Shown here in pieces: positions 48,720 through 58,653 of a stretch of 64,000 nucleotides of DNA. Made by a program: the position numbers and the translations under genes. The DNA comes from a candidate division FCPU426 bacterium. Lineage in GTDB: Bacteria; Oederibacteriota; Muellerivitia; Muellerivitales; Muellerivitaceae. The stretch covers positions 96,001 through 160,000 of the forward strand of contig CAVYSE010000017.1 in NCBI GenBank assembly GCA_963771075.1, given 5' to 3'. The notes beneath the pieces were generated by a model. That model had not been told where the DNA came from, did not search any database, and was given only the letters and a program-made list of their open reading frames with translations. Every line of letters starts with the position of its first letter. Positions within the stretch are counted from its first letter, which is position 1.

Positions 48720-49627
48720 TTACTGGCCCAAAACGTCATTCAAAAGATAGGCCAGCCTTACTCCCGCCTTTTCCAACTGATGTTCCATGATAAATCTCAT
48801 TTTGCCGTTTTCATAATCCTCGGGCAAATCCCGACCCCAGCGGTTCTTCGGCAGGGGTCCCCTCGGCAACTCGTCATAGATGTTTTTCTGAGCGATTAAA
48901 AAAGACTCGTAAGCCCATTGCTCGGGAGTTCCCCCAACCCAATTGGATTCGTCGTTCGGATCCATCCCGGACTCCAGCCGGGTGGCCATTTCTCGAGGGG
49001 ATTGGGTATTGGTTGTTTCAAACCCATCATCATACGCCGAGCCAGCATGCGGGGGATGGATAATGGGTTGTGTTTCAAAAAGATCATCCCAGTACTTGTG
49101 GAGACATATCCAAATTTTCTTATTCCCTTTTTTAGACGGGATCGTAAACCATTTCTCGTTCCCCCCCGGTCGTTATCATCGGCGCAATGCAGGGGCTGGT
49201 GCAGATCGCCCACAAAATGCACCAAAAACTTCAAGGCCTCCCTTTTAACACCTTTTTTACCGAAAGGTTCCCGTAAGATTTGAACATCTTTATTAATCTG
49301 CTCCACCACGCAGTCCTCATATCGGCAAGCGGTTTCAAGGTCGAATTGCCCCTGGCCCTCCCGAACGTCGAGATTCAAGTAATGCCAGGGAGCCGTCTCC
49401 GGCCTTACATGGACAATGGCGTCGGCCCAAGTGGAAATCGAGGGCATATCTCGGTCTTGGCCTAACAATTCCCGGACAGACCTCCGGGCCTTGGGATTTA
49501 AACGGTCCTGGGCGATCCAGGCTATCGTTTTGTGGCCCACCGCCCCCCAAGCTTTTAGCGAACCGGGATAGGAAAAAATAAAGGTCAAGAAGGCGGCGAT
49601 CAAAATATTACGCTTAGGGAAAGTCAT
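48720..49627 (-). pseudogene. Secreted S1/P1 nuclease, split by a frameshift at a G7 tract (49161-49167)
   Basis: Signal peptide then WGAVGH, WAD, WHY, LKFLVHFVGDLHQPLH. Adding one G gives DRGGN...LHKYWD and joins the 48720-48989 ORF (WAYES...QLEKAGVRLAYLLN). Confidence 0.85.
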
Positions 49628-49773
49628 GGGTTTATCCAAAAAAGTCTGAAGAATATCGGCCTCGGATTATAACCCATCCAATTTAAAAAGTTTCAAAGCA
49701 GCGAAAGAAAGATAATCTTCAACCAAGATTTGGGCCCATCAATGGCCGCCGACAAGATAATCCCCAATTAAAT

Positions 49774-49803
49774 AAAAAAGGCCAGCCTTGTTTGGCTGGC
49801 CTT
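49774..49803 (-). terminator. Intrinsic terminator after the GH5 gene (left copy)
   Basis: AAGGCCAGCC-AAACAA-GGCTGGCCTT followed by a T-run on the minus strand. Confidence 0.85.
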
Positions 49804-49824
49804 CGGTTGCTTGATTTTACTTGT

Positions 49825-52800
49825 TTATCGAAGGACTAACATTTTCCCAACCGAATGGCCGCTGTTGGTGGTCACCACGACGTAATAAAGACCGCTCGCC
49901 AGCGGATTGTTCCAATTATCAACAAGGGAAATTTTCGGGTCATCCCCATACATCTTACTATACGTGTGTTTAAACACTTTTCGGTAAGCTACTGTGTAGA
50001 TTTCCACGGTTACGGAATTGCCCGTGTAGACCGGGGGACGAACAGCTACCTGGGCTGTACCATCCGCCGGGTTGGGGTATATCACAGGAACGCTTAAAGC
50101 AACCGGGGTATTGGTAATGGTGGCGGTAATTGTACCGGTGGTGGTTACCGTAAAGGTTAAGGTGGGGGTAATCGTGGCTGTGACCGTTAAGGATGGAGTC
50201 GGTGTGATCGTTTGAGTATTGGTAGACGTTAAGGTAGAGGTATTCGTTGGGGTTGAAGTGGCTTGCTGGCAATTCACGGTATTGCCCAAAACGGGCAGAC
50301 CCGATATTGACACCGGTTGGCCGCCGTTATTGGAGCTTATCCCCGTTAAACCACTGATTGAGAACTGATAGGTTCCGATGGCCGAATTATTGAAATTCAC
50401 CTGGAATTGCAGACTCACAGGCGAAGAGGTGACCGGGAAGTTATTCAAAGGTAACGTCGCAGTATTGCCCGTAAATCCTGTTATGGATCCCTCGAAAATT
50501 CCATTGGCATAAACGCTAACACTTGTAATGTTGGCTGCGTTCCCTCCAATGTCATCAAGAGTCACGTTCGTCAAGTTCACGGATAAGCTGGTCGTGTTGG
50601 TAAGGGTGGCCGACACCACCGTGACGCCAGAGCTTCCCGAGAGGGTATTTACCGTTGATGTAGTGGAACTCAAGTTCAAAACATTCGATGTAGGTGTAGA
50701 TGTTGCAGTTTGTGTTGATGTCGCCGTCTGAGTGGAGGTTGTGGTCGATGTGTCGGTAGGAGTATTCGTTGAAGTATAGGTATGAGTATAGGTGAAGACT
50801 GGAGTGTCGGTATTCGTTGGGGTTACTGTAATCGTACTAGTGGCTGTAGACGTGTTGGTCGCTGTTGAAGTGGCTGTTGACGTCGGTGTAAACGTAACCG
50901 TTGAGGTAAAGGTAAACGAAGCGGTCGAGGAAGGCGTACCCGTCGCTGTAGATGTATCGGTCGATGTTGGAGATTGGGTATTGGTGGGTGTGTTGGTAAC
51001 TGTTGTGGTATGGGTTTCCGTAAACGTATTGGTCATAGTTGGAGTATTCGTTACGGTGAAGGTATGGGTCTCTGTAAAGGTCGGTGTCAAAGTGGACGTA
51101 AAAGTGGGGGTTCTCGTAATAGTAGAAGTCGCCGTGGATGTGAGTGTATTAGTTACAGTGGGTGACAAGGTCAGTGTCGGGGATAAGGTAATTGTCGGAC
51201 TAAAGGGGAAAGTAGCAGTAGACGTTTCCGTGATGGTATACGTTGAAGTGATCGTGGGAGTCATCGTACGGGTCGCTGTCGAAGTCGATGTTGAGGTCGA
51301 GGTAAAAGAAGAAGTCGGCGTGTTAGTCACCGTCGATGTGTAGGTAGCGGTCGAAGTAGAGGTCGCCGTTGAGGTATGGGTGGGGGTATGGGTCGATGTA
51401 AACGTAACCGTACTGGTTAATGTATTTGTCGGCGTAAATGAGGCGGTGATGGTCGGTGTAAGGGTCACCGTCGGGGACAAAGTGATCGTTGGGCTTAACG
51501 GAAATGTGGCCGTTGGGGTGCCTGTTTGGGTCGGGGTTCCCGTAACGGAATTGGTCGGGGTGTTCGTGGGAGTCAAAGTGCGCGTAGCGGTTGAGGTAGA
51601 AGTCGAGGTGCCCGTGAAAGATGCGGTCGAAGTATGGGTCGACGTAAATGTCGCCGTGGCAGTCGCTGTAAAGGTGGAAGTTCCTGTTGAAGTGCGGGTG
51701 GCAGTCGCAGTGGTCGTAAAGGTGGAGGTCGGGGTCGAAGTTAGCGTTGGGGATAAGGTAATGGTTAAGGTAAATGGAGATGTTGCGGTGGGTGTTCCCG
51801 TGATTGTGGAAGTCATGGTACGGGTAGCTGTCGTTGTACTAGTTGAAGTAGAGGTAATAGTTGACGTGAAAGTGCCGGTTGACGTGGCAGTATAGGTACT
51901 GGTCAAAGTCTTAGTCGTTGTTTGGGTTGGAGTCGCGGTAGGAGATAAAGTATTAGTCGCTGAAAATTGAGTGGTCGCAGTGGGAGTCCCGGATAGGGTT
52001 GAGGTAGAGGTAGCAGTCGAGGTGTAGGTTGAAGTTGATGTGCGGCTTGAAGTCGATGAAGCTGTGGGAGTCACCGTTCCCGTACTCGAGAGTGTCGCGG
52101 TCGGTGTCATCGTCCTTGTATATGTCGGAGTAGGCGTAATTGTATTCGTGGGACTACTTGTAAAAGTCAAAGTATTGCCCACAGTCGCTGTTAAAGTGGC
52201 AGTCACGGATGGGGTTGAGGATTTTGTGGGCGTGTTGGAGGATGTTGAAGTTTGGGAAGGCGATGGAGACGCGGTGTTGGTGCGTGTAGTAGTAACTGTA
52301 TTGGTATTGGTTAAAGCCACCGTAGGTGTGCGAGTGGGAGTAAAGGTTGAGGTTTTTGCTACAGCGGAAGGGGTGGGCGTAATAGGCAGAGTCGAACCCG
52401 ATAAGCAGACGTCGTTGATATACATGCCAAAGGTCGTAGGTCCACCTTGGGTTTCCCATTGAAGGGCCAGCACTTGGGTGATGGCCTGGGATAGCCACAT
52501 CGTGACCCCCGCGCTGTTATGGGGCGGTGAATCGCCATCGCCACCATTCCAGTCCTGAAACTCCATTGCATTAATAGGAAAGCTCTCAAGAATCCAAGTA
52601 TTAGCCTGGTTCACAACAAAATTTTGACCGTATTGGTTCCCGTTACCCCCGCACGCAAAATACTGGCCTTGCCAAGTAATTGGCTCCTGGTTGATCGAGG
52701 GGTTGTTGAGCTGGAACCGGAGAGTTACGGGAGCCACCGTGGTTCGGACATAAAACGCGAAATTCGTCACCCAATTCAGGTTGGTATAACCCACCTGGAG

Positions 52801-54246
52801 ATCGGTTTGCAGGCCGAAACCGCAATAAGTTGCGGGTGAGCTTGTGCCGTTCTCGCTATATCCGCCACTTACGAAAGCCGAATAAGTTTCACTATTTGGG
52901 CCCGCAACGGCGCTGCTTAGGCAAGCCGTGCAATACAAATTAGTAGCGGGACAACTGGCGTAAGACAACATGGGGCTCGATGTTTCGGGTGCGCCGCTTC
53001 CAAGACTTTCCCAATTATAGGCCGACCAAGAACCGTTTAAGTTGTTGGTGGCGTAGGGCGCGCTCGTGTAGGGGCTCTGTGAAAAATTGGAGAGCATGAA
53101 GCAATTTCCTTCGGTGGGAACGGGAGTGGGGGTATAGGTCGCCCCGCCTATGGCGGAATCGCAGGATGGATTCGCCGTACCCGTCAAAGAATTATAGACA
53201 TACTGTCCGTGATAAGACGTGGGACTGTAGCCCGTCCAACTCGAGAGCAAGGGAGGGGAATTGGTCACTGACATGTTCCAAGCTGTCCAGCTTAAATTTC
53301 CTGGATCAAGAACACTTGAAATAAAATTTTGTGTGAACGCAGCGGTCCCGCAAGTAGCGCAGGGCCCAAACTCGCCAACCATCACGGGATAAGTGGTTGT
53401 AGATACGTTGACCGTTTGATTCGCATTATTAGAATAAATATGGCAGTCGTACAAAACCCCATTTCCACTCGTGGTCGAAAGTTCGTAGTTGGGCAAAATG
53501 CTTGCCAAATCGTTGCACCAGTTGAGACCCCCGGCAATACAAATATTGTTGGCACCTGTATTACGCACTGCGGTTAGCAAAGCGTTCATACCAGGAGTAT
53601 TGAACGAACCCGCCGACCCGCCGCTGTACCAGGCACTAGCGCCTAGGGTGTAGGGCTCGTTGTATAAATCAAAGAAAACCGCTGGATTGTTCATAGACCT
53701 GGCCGCCACGGAACTCCAAAAGGTGACAGCATTATAGTCCGCCATCTCCTGCTGGCCTGTGGCTGTTCCCCAACCCGCTCCCGTTGGGGGAGTAGTCGCT
53801 GAACTGGAGGTGCCTGAAAAGTGAAGATCGAGAATAATGTAACAATTTTGTGAGGAGCAAAGACTGACCAATTGATCCACCATGGCTGGATAACTATCGG
53901 GATAAAAAAACCACCGATCCTGGTTCAAGGGCAAACGAATAAAATTACTTTTCCAAGTATCGATAGCCTCGGTTGCAGTTGCGAGAATCCCAGATGGGTT
54001 AGCGTCATTGACTCCAAACTCGAGACCGTCGATGTCCACACCCCTCAAACGGACCGTGCACCCGCTACTCGCGTTGACGATTGCGCTACCATTAATTTTC
54101 AGTTGGGGGGGGGCTGCTTGGGCCGGTTGTGATAAAAGCAAAAGGCCAAAGCTTACAAGTAGAGCTATTAAATGGCGTTTAAATCGATTTAACGAAAACC
54201 GGATGAAGGGATTCATTAGGGAATAAAGCGCAGAAGAAAATCTCAA
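49825..54246 (-). CDS. Secreted GH5-family glycoside hydrolase with CBM/CIA30-like domain, long Thr/Ser-rich stalk and T9SS/FlgD-like C-terminal domain (copy 1)
   Basis: Likely TTG start after GGAGG; signal peptide ending AQA; LRGV, NFIRLPL, ILDLH, FDLYNEP (acid/base), PVMVGEFG (nucleophile); tail YPNP...IYT...LASGLYYVVV...KMLVLR. Confidence 0.85.
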   Translation of the reverse strand: MRFSSALYSLMNPFIRFSLNRFKRHLIALLVSFGLLLLSQPAQAAPPQLKINGSAIVNASSGCTVRLRGVDIDGLEFGVNDANPSGILATATEAIDTWKSNFIRLPLNQDRWFFYPDSYPAMVDQLVSLCSSQNCYIILDLHFSGTSSSATTPPTGAGWGTATGQQEMADYNAVTFWSSVAARSMNNPAVFFDLYNEPYTLGASAWYSGGSAGSFNTPGMNALLTAVRNTGANNICIAGGLNWCNDLASILPNYELSTTSGNGVLYDCHIYSNNANQTVNVSTTTYPVMVGEFGPCATCGTAAFTQNFISSVLDPGNLSWTAWNMSVTNSPPLLSSWTGYSPTSYHGQYVYNSLTGTANPSCDSAIGGATYTPTPVPTEGNCFMLSNFSQSPYTSAPYATNNLNGSWSAYNWESLGSGAPETSSPMLSYASCPATNLYCTACLSSAVAGPNSETYSAFVSGGYSENGTSSPATYCGFGLQTDLQVGYTNLNWVTNFAFYVRTTVAPVTLRFQLNNPSINQEPITWQGQYFACGGNGNQYGQNFVVNQANTWILESFPINAMEFQDWNGGDGDSPPHNSAGVTMWLSQAITQVLALQWETQGGPTTFGMYINDVCLSGSTLPITPTPSAVAKTSTFTPTRTPTVALTNTNTVTTTRTNTASPSPSQTSTSSNTPTKSSTPSVTATLTATVGNTLTFTSSPTNTITPTPTYTRTMTPTATLSSTGTVTPTASSTSSRTSTSTYTSTATSTSTLSGTPTATTQFSATNTLSPTATPTQTTTKTLTSTYTATSTGTFTSTITSTSTSTTTATRTMTSTITGTPTATSPFTLTITLSPTLTSTPTSTFTTTATATRTSTGTSTFTATATATFTSTHTSTASFTGTSTSTSTATRTLTPTNTPTNSVTGTPTQTGTPTATFPLSPTITLSPTVTLTPTITASFTPTNTLTSTVTFTSTHTPTHTSTATSTSTATYTSTVTNTPTSSFTSTSTSTSTATRTMTPTITSTYTITETSTATFPFSPTITLSPTLTLSPTVTNTLTSTATSTITRTPTFTSTLTPTFTETHTFTVTNTPTMTNTFTETHTTTVTNTPTNTQSPTSTDTSTATGTPSSTASFTFTSTVTFTPTSTATSTATNTSTATSTITVTPTNTDTPVFTYTHTYTSTNTPTDTSTTTSTQTATSTQTATSTPTSNVLNLSSTTSTVNTLSGSSGVTVVSATLTNTTSLSVNLTNVTLDDIGGNAANITSVSVYANGIFEGSITGFTGNTATLPLNNFPVTSSPVSLQFQVNFNNSAIGTYQFSISGLTGISSNNGGQPVSISGLPVLGNTVNCQQATSTPTNTSTLTSTNTQTITPTPSLTVTATITPTLTFTVTTTGTITATITNTPVALSVPVIYPNPADGTAQVAVRPPVYTGNSVTVEIYTVAYRKVFKHTYSKMYGDDPKISLVDNWNNPLASGLYYVVVTTNSGHSVGKMLVLR
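50687..52385 (-). repeat. Low-complexity Thr/Ser/Pro-rich coding region (degenerate xT repeats)
   Basis: About 560 codons of TxTxTPT-like sequence with recurring SPTITLSPT units. Confidence 0.9.
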
Positions 54247-54643
54247 AATATCCTCCAAAACTTTACAGGTCTGAAATCCGGGGCAACGGCGAGACAAAGT
54301 AATTCTATCTCAGTTATTTGATTTGGTGGGACAGGACAACATTTTTTATTGAACGATTTTAACGAGCAACCCGGCCTTTTTGAAAAATATTTAAGATGCT
54401 AATTTTATACTCATGAAATAATTGGACAGCTTCTTTAATTAAACGATTCCAAGTGTGTGTTTTTTTAAAAAGAACAACCTCTTTACCCCCCCACAAATCG
54501 TTTTTGGTCCCTTAAAAAGTAGGTTTTTCAACCTTTTTAATAAAACAAATTGAACGTATGAAGGAAAATGCTAGCTGAATCATCTTAAAAGAATTCTATA
54601 ATGCTTTCCGTTGTGGTTGTAGAGTCCTAGAACGGAGACCTGA

Positions 54644-55273
54644 ATGAAGTTCAAAACCTTTTTAAGATATATCCCAATTTTTTTAGTCTCACTGATTTCT
54701 TTGTTCGTCGCCTGCACTCGCATCAACACAACCCCCGTTCCCAATCCGACATTCCCCCCTCAAACGATCTGGAGTAATGGCACCGTCGGTACTTGGTTTG
54801 GAAATGTTTTAAACGGAAACAGTGGTGGATGTTGCCCCTCAACTAGTTCTATTTCTTCGGCATCGGATAATATTTCCGGTGATACAAACACCCTTCTTCT
54901 GTCCACAACCTATACTCATGGCTTTTATTTTTATTCTGCTTCAACCCCTTCGAATCCCTCTTCCTATTATTCCAAGGGCCATTTGCAATTTGATATTCGG
55001 TTGGAACAACCGCCCTCTCTTTTCACCTTGTTGTATGTGGAGTATCTTCTTCAGGCAAACAACGATAATGGGGCGGTCACTTTTAGCCCAAACTTCATAA
55101 ATTCTTTGAGTACAACTTCATTCACACATGTTTCTTTGCCCTTTACGACCTTCACCCCAGATTACGAAGCACAAAGCATTGATACGCCTTTTGAGATTTC
55201 CTGGCAAACCACTTCAGCCCCTTCAAACGGCAATATCGTAACCCTCGACGACATCGTCTGGACAGCCAATTAA
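54644..55273 (+). CDS. Hypothetical lipoprotein, possible carbohydrate-binding beta-sandwich (copy 1)
   Basis: GGAG RBS; signal peptide with FVAC lipobox; HLQFDIR...FTHVSLPF...VTLDDIVW pattern; TATAAT at 54597-54602. Confidence 0.7.
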   Translation: MKFKTFLRYIPIFLVSLISLFVACTRINTTPVPNPTFPPQTIWSNGTVGTWFGNVLNGNSGGCCPSTSSISSASDNISGDTNTLLLSTTYTHGFYFYSASTPSNPSSYYSKGHLQFDIRLEQPPSLFTLLYVEYLLQANNDNGAVTFSPNFINSLSTTSFTHVSLPFTTFTPDYEAQSIDTPFEISWQTTSAPSNGNIVTLDDIVWTAN

Positions 55274-55309
55274 AATTCAGGATCTCCAACCCTAAAGGTA
55301 ACTTTTTAT

Positions 55310-56409
55310 TTATCCCACTTTCGCCGGGTGTCCTTTTTTCTCATATTGTAAAATAAAGTTTTCCACCAGTTCATGGGCCTCTGAATCGGAATACTGAACT
55401 GGCGGTGTTTTGAAAAAATAGGCGGAAGGCCCCTCTATTGGCCCTGAAAGTTTATGGTCCAAGGCCAATTTGCAACAGCGAATAGCATCGATGCCCACCC
55501 CGGCGCTGTTGGGTGAATCCCAAACTTCCAATTTCAGTTCAATCGTCACGGGTACATCACCAAATTCCCTGCCTTCCAAGCGTATATGGGCCCATTTGCG
55601 GTCCTGCAGCCAGGGAACATAATCGGAAGGGCCAATATATATATTTTCGGGTTCGATCGGATGGGACAACTGGCTGACGACCGCTCCGGTCTTAGATATC
55701 TTTTTTGATTCCAACCTCTCCCGTTCCAACATGTTCTTAAAATCCATGTTTCCGCCGAAATTCAGCTGACTGGTACGGTCAAGGATCACTCCCCGGTCGG
55801 AAAACATTTTGGCCAGGACACGATGGGTGATGGTGGCTCCTACCTGGGCCTTAATGTCGTCCCCGAGAACGGGGACCCCGGCGTCGGCGAATTTTTTCGC
55901 CCAAGCGCTGTTGGAAGCGATGAAAACCGGCATGCAATTGACCACGCCCACCCCGGCCTTCAGCGCCTCGTTCATATAAAAATGGGTGGCTTTCTCGCTG
56001 CCCACGGGCAGGTAATTGACCAGCACGTCCGTGCGGGTTTCTTTCAGTATTTTCGCCACGTCCACGGGCTTTTCTTTGGATTCGATCACTATTTCCCGGT
56101 AATACTTTCCCAATCCATCCAAGGTATGGCCACGCTCCACCTTCACCCCAGCGCGGGCACATCGCTAAATTTGATCGTGTTGTTAATGGGCGCAAAAATA
56201 GCCTCGGAAAGGTCCTTCCCCACTTTGTTGGAATCCACATCAAAGGCGCAGGAAAATTCAATGTCGCCCACATGATATGAGCCTAAACGCACATGCATCA
56301 GACCCGGAACGAAACTCTCTTCCTCGGCGTCCCGGTAAAAACGCACACCTTGAACCAAGGAAGAGGCACAGCAACCCACTCCCACCAAGGCCACCCGAAT
56401 CTTAGGCAT
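55310..56409 (-). pseudogene. ino1: Myo-inositol-1-phosphate synthase, copy 1, with native start but 1-nt frameshift at 56146-56149
   Basis: AGGAG RBS + [30 protein letters not shown] causes a premature stop where copy 2 reads CTTGGGGTG. The remainder has [37 protein letters not shown]. Confidence 0.85.
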
Positions 56410-56464
56410 AGTCGTCAAGCTCCTGAAAAAATGAATCCTTTTATCGGCCCCGAGGGGCCTTTTG

Positions 56465-57580
56465 ATGAACCCAAAAGACACGCTGTATAACCGTGTGGCT
56501 GTGGTAGGAGTGGGTTGCTGTGCCTCTTCCTTGGTTCAAGGTGTGCGTTTTTACCGGAATGCCGATGAAGAGAGTTTCGTTCCGGGTCTGATGCATGTGC
56601 GCTTAGGCTCATATCATGTGGGCGACATCGAATTTTCCTGCGCTTTTGATGTGGATTCCAACAAGGTGGGGAAGGACCTTTCCGAGGCTATCTTTGAGCC
56701 CATTAACAACACGTTCAAATTCAGCGATGTGCCCGCGCTTGGGGTGAAGGTGGAGCGTGGCCATACCTTGGATGGATTGGGAAAGTATTACCGGGAAATA
56801 GTGGTCGAATCCAAAGAAAAGCCCGTGGACGTAGCCAAAATATTGAAAGAAACCCGCACGGACGTGCTGGTCAATTACCTGCCCGTGGGCAGCGAGAAAG
56901 CCACCCATTTTTATATGAACGAGGCGCTGAAGGCCGGGGTAGGCGTGGTCAATTGCATGCCGGTTTTCATCGCTTCCAACAGCGCTTGGGCCAAAAAATT
57001 CGCCGACGCCGGGGTCCCCGTTCTCGGGGATGACATTAAGGCCCAGGTAGGCGCGACCATTACCCATCGTGTCCTGGCCAAAATGTTCTCCGACCGGGGA
57101 GTGATCCTCGACCGTACCAGTCAGCTGAATTTCGGCGGAAACATGGATTTTAAGAACATGTTGGAACGGGAGAGGTTGGAATCAAAAAAGATATCTAAAA
57201 CCGGAGCGGTCGTCAGCCAGTTGTCCCACCCGATAGAACCCGAAAATATATATATTGGTCCTTCCGATTATGTTCCCTGGCTGCAGGACCGTAAGTGGGC
57301 CCATATACGCTTGGAAGGCAGGGAATTTGGTGATGTACCCGTGACGATTGAACTGAAACTGGAAGTTTGGGATTCACCCAACAGCGCCGGGGTGGGCATC
57401 GATGCTATTCGCTGTTGCAAATTGGCTTTGGACCATAAACTTTCAGGGCCAATAGAGGGGCCTTCCGCCTATTTTTTCAAAACACCGCCAGTTCAGTATT
57501 CCGATTCAGAGGCCCATGAACTGGTGGAAAACTTTATTTTACAATATGAGAAAAAAGGACACCCGGCGAAAGTGGGATAA
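56465..57580 (+). CDS. ino1: Myo-inositol-1-phosphate synthase, copy 2: uninterrupted frame but non-native N-terminus
   Basis: All MIPS motifs are in one frame; homology to copy 1 starts at 56492 (RVAVVGVG); the preceding residues derive from the spacer. Confidence 0.8.
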   Translation: MNPKDTLYNRVAVVGVGCCASSLVQGVRFYRNADEESFVPGLMHVRLGSYHVGDIEFSCAFDVDSNKVGKDLSEAIFEPINNTFKFSDVPALGVKVERGHTLDGLGKYYREIVVESKEKPVDVAKILKETRTDVLVNYLPVGSEKATHFYMNEALKAGVGVVNCMPVFIASNSAWAKKFADAGVPVLGDDIKAQVGATITHRVLAKMFSDRGVILDRTSQLNFGGNMDFKNMLERERLESKKISKTGAVVSQLSHPIEPENIYIGPSDYVPWLQDRKWAHIRLEGREFGDVPVTIELKLEVWDSPNSAGVGIDAIRCCKLALDHKLSGPIEGPSAYFFKTPPVQYSDSEAHELVENFILQYEKKGHPAKVG

Positions 57581-57616
57581 ATAAAAAGTTACCTTTAGGG
57601 TTGGAGATCCTGAATT

Positions 57617-58246
57617 TTAATTGGCTGTCCAGACGATGTCGTCGAGGGTTACGACATTGCCGTTTGAAGGGGCTGAAGTGGTTTGCCAGGAAATCTCAAA
57701 AGGCGTATCAATGCTTTGCGCTTCGTAATCAGGGGTGAAGGTCGAAAAGGGCAAGGAAACGTGTGTGAATGAAGTTGTACTCAAAGAATTTATGAAGTTT
57801 GGGTTAAACGTAACCGCACCATTATCGCTGTTTGCCTGAAGAAGATACTCCACATACAACAAGGTGAAAAGAGAGGGCGGTTGTTCCAACCGAATATCGA
57901 ATTGCAAATGGCCCTTGGCATAATAGGAAGAGGGATTCGAAGGGGTTGAAGCGGAATAAAAATAAAAGCCATGAGTATAGGTCGTGGAAAGAAGAAGGGT
58001 ATTTGTATCGCCGGAAATATTATCCGTTGCCGATGAAATAGAACTGGTTGAGGGGCAACATCCACCACTGTTTCCGGTTAAAACATTTCCAAACCAAAAA
58101 CCGATGGTGCCATTACTCCAGATTGTTTGAGGGGGCCAAGTCGGGTTTGGAACGGGGGTTGTGTTGATGCGGGTACAGCCGACGAATAAAGAAATCAGTG
58201 AGACTAAAAAAATTGGGATATAGCTTAAAAAGGTTTTGAACTTCAT
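57617..58246 (-). CDS. Hypothetical lipoprotein (copy 2)
   Basis: Same length (209 aa) as 54644-55273 with about a dozen substitutions; lipobox FVGC. Confidence 0.7.
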   Translation of the reverse strand: MKFKTFLSYIPIFLVSLISLFVGCTRINTTPVPNPTWPPQTIWSNGTIGFWFGNVLTGNSGGCCPSTSSISSATDNISGDTNTLLLSTTYTHGFYFYSASTPSNPSSYYAKGHLQFDIRLEQPPSLFTLLYVEYLLQANSDNGAVTFNPNFINSLSTTSFTHVSLPFSTFTPDYEAQSIDTPFEISWQTTSAPSNGNVVTLDDIVWTAN

Positions 58247-58653
58247 TCAGGTCTCCGTTCGAGGACTCTACAACCACAACGGAAAGCATTATAGAATTCT
58301 TTTAAGATGATTCAGCTAGCATTTTCCTTCAAACGCTCAATTTGTTTATTAAAAAGGTTGAAAAAACCGACTTTAATAAGGGACCTAAAATGATTTGTGG
58401 GGGAAAAGAGGTTGTTATTTAAAAAAACACACACAAGAAATCGTTTAATTAAAGAAGCTGAACAACTATTTCATGAATATAAAATTGGCTTATAAAATTA
58501 GCATCTTAAATATTTTTCAAAAAGGCCGGGTTGCTCGTTAAAATCGATTGATAAAAAATGTTGTCCTGTCCCACCAAATCAAATAACTGAGATAGAATTA
58601 CTTTGTCTCGCCGTTGCCATGGATTTCAGACCTGTAAAGTTTTGGAGGATATT

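Larger units (their letters stand above)
48900..56397. repeat. Left arm of giant inverted repeat (true outer limit unknown)
   Basis: Reverse complement of 56492-64000; paired coordinates sum to 112900 distally and 112889-112890 centrally. Confidence 0.97.

Noticed and set aside
47397..49627. Nuclease plus amidohydrolase as an anti-phage defence module
   Set aside because: The S1/P1 nuclease has a signal peptide, which fits nucleotide/phosphate scavenging. No defence-associated domains are adjacent.
50687..52385. Possible CRISPR array or tandem DNA repeat in the repetitive region
   Set aside because: The repetition is at the amino-acid level with varied codons. There are no identical direct repeats with spacers and no cas genes.
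50792..52462. Val-rich ORFs (VxVxV) antisense to the GH5 gene, and their mirrors at 60438-62108
   Set aside because: These are shadow frames: the reverse complement of ACN Thr codons yields Val-rich stop-poor frames. No RBS or independent evidence.
56398..56491. Hairpin telomere / protelomerase site or sequencing adapter at the palindrome centre
   Set aside because: The centre is asymmetric rather than a perfect palindrome, no protelomerase gene is present, and I recognise no adapter sequence. It cannot be fully excluded without reads.
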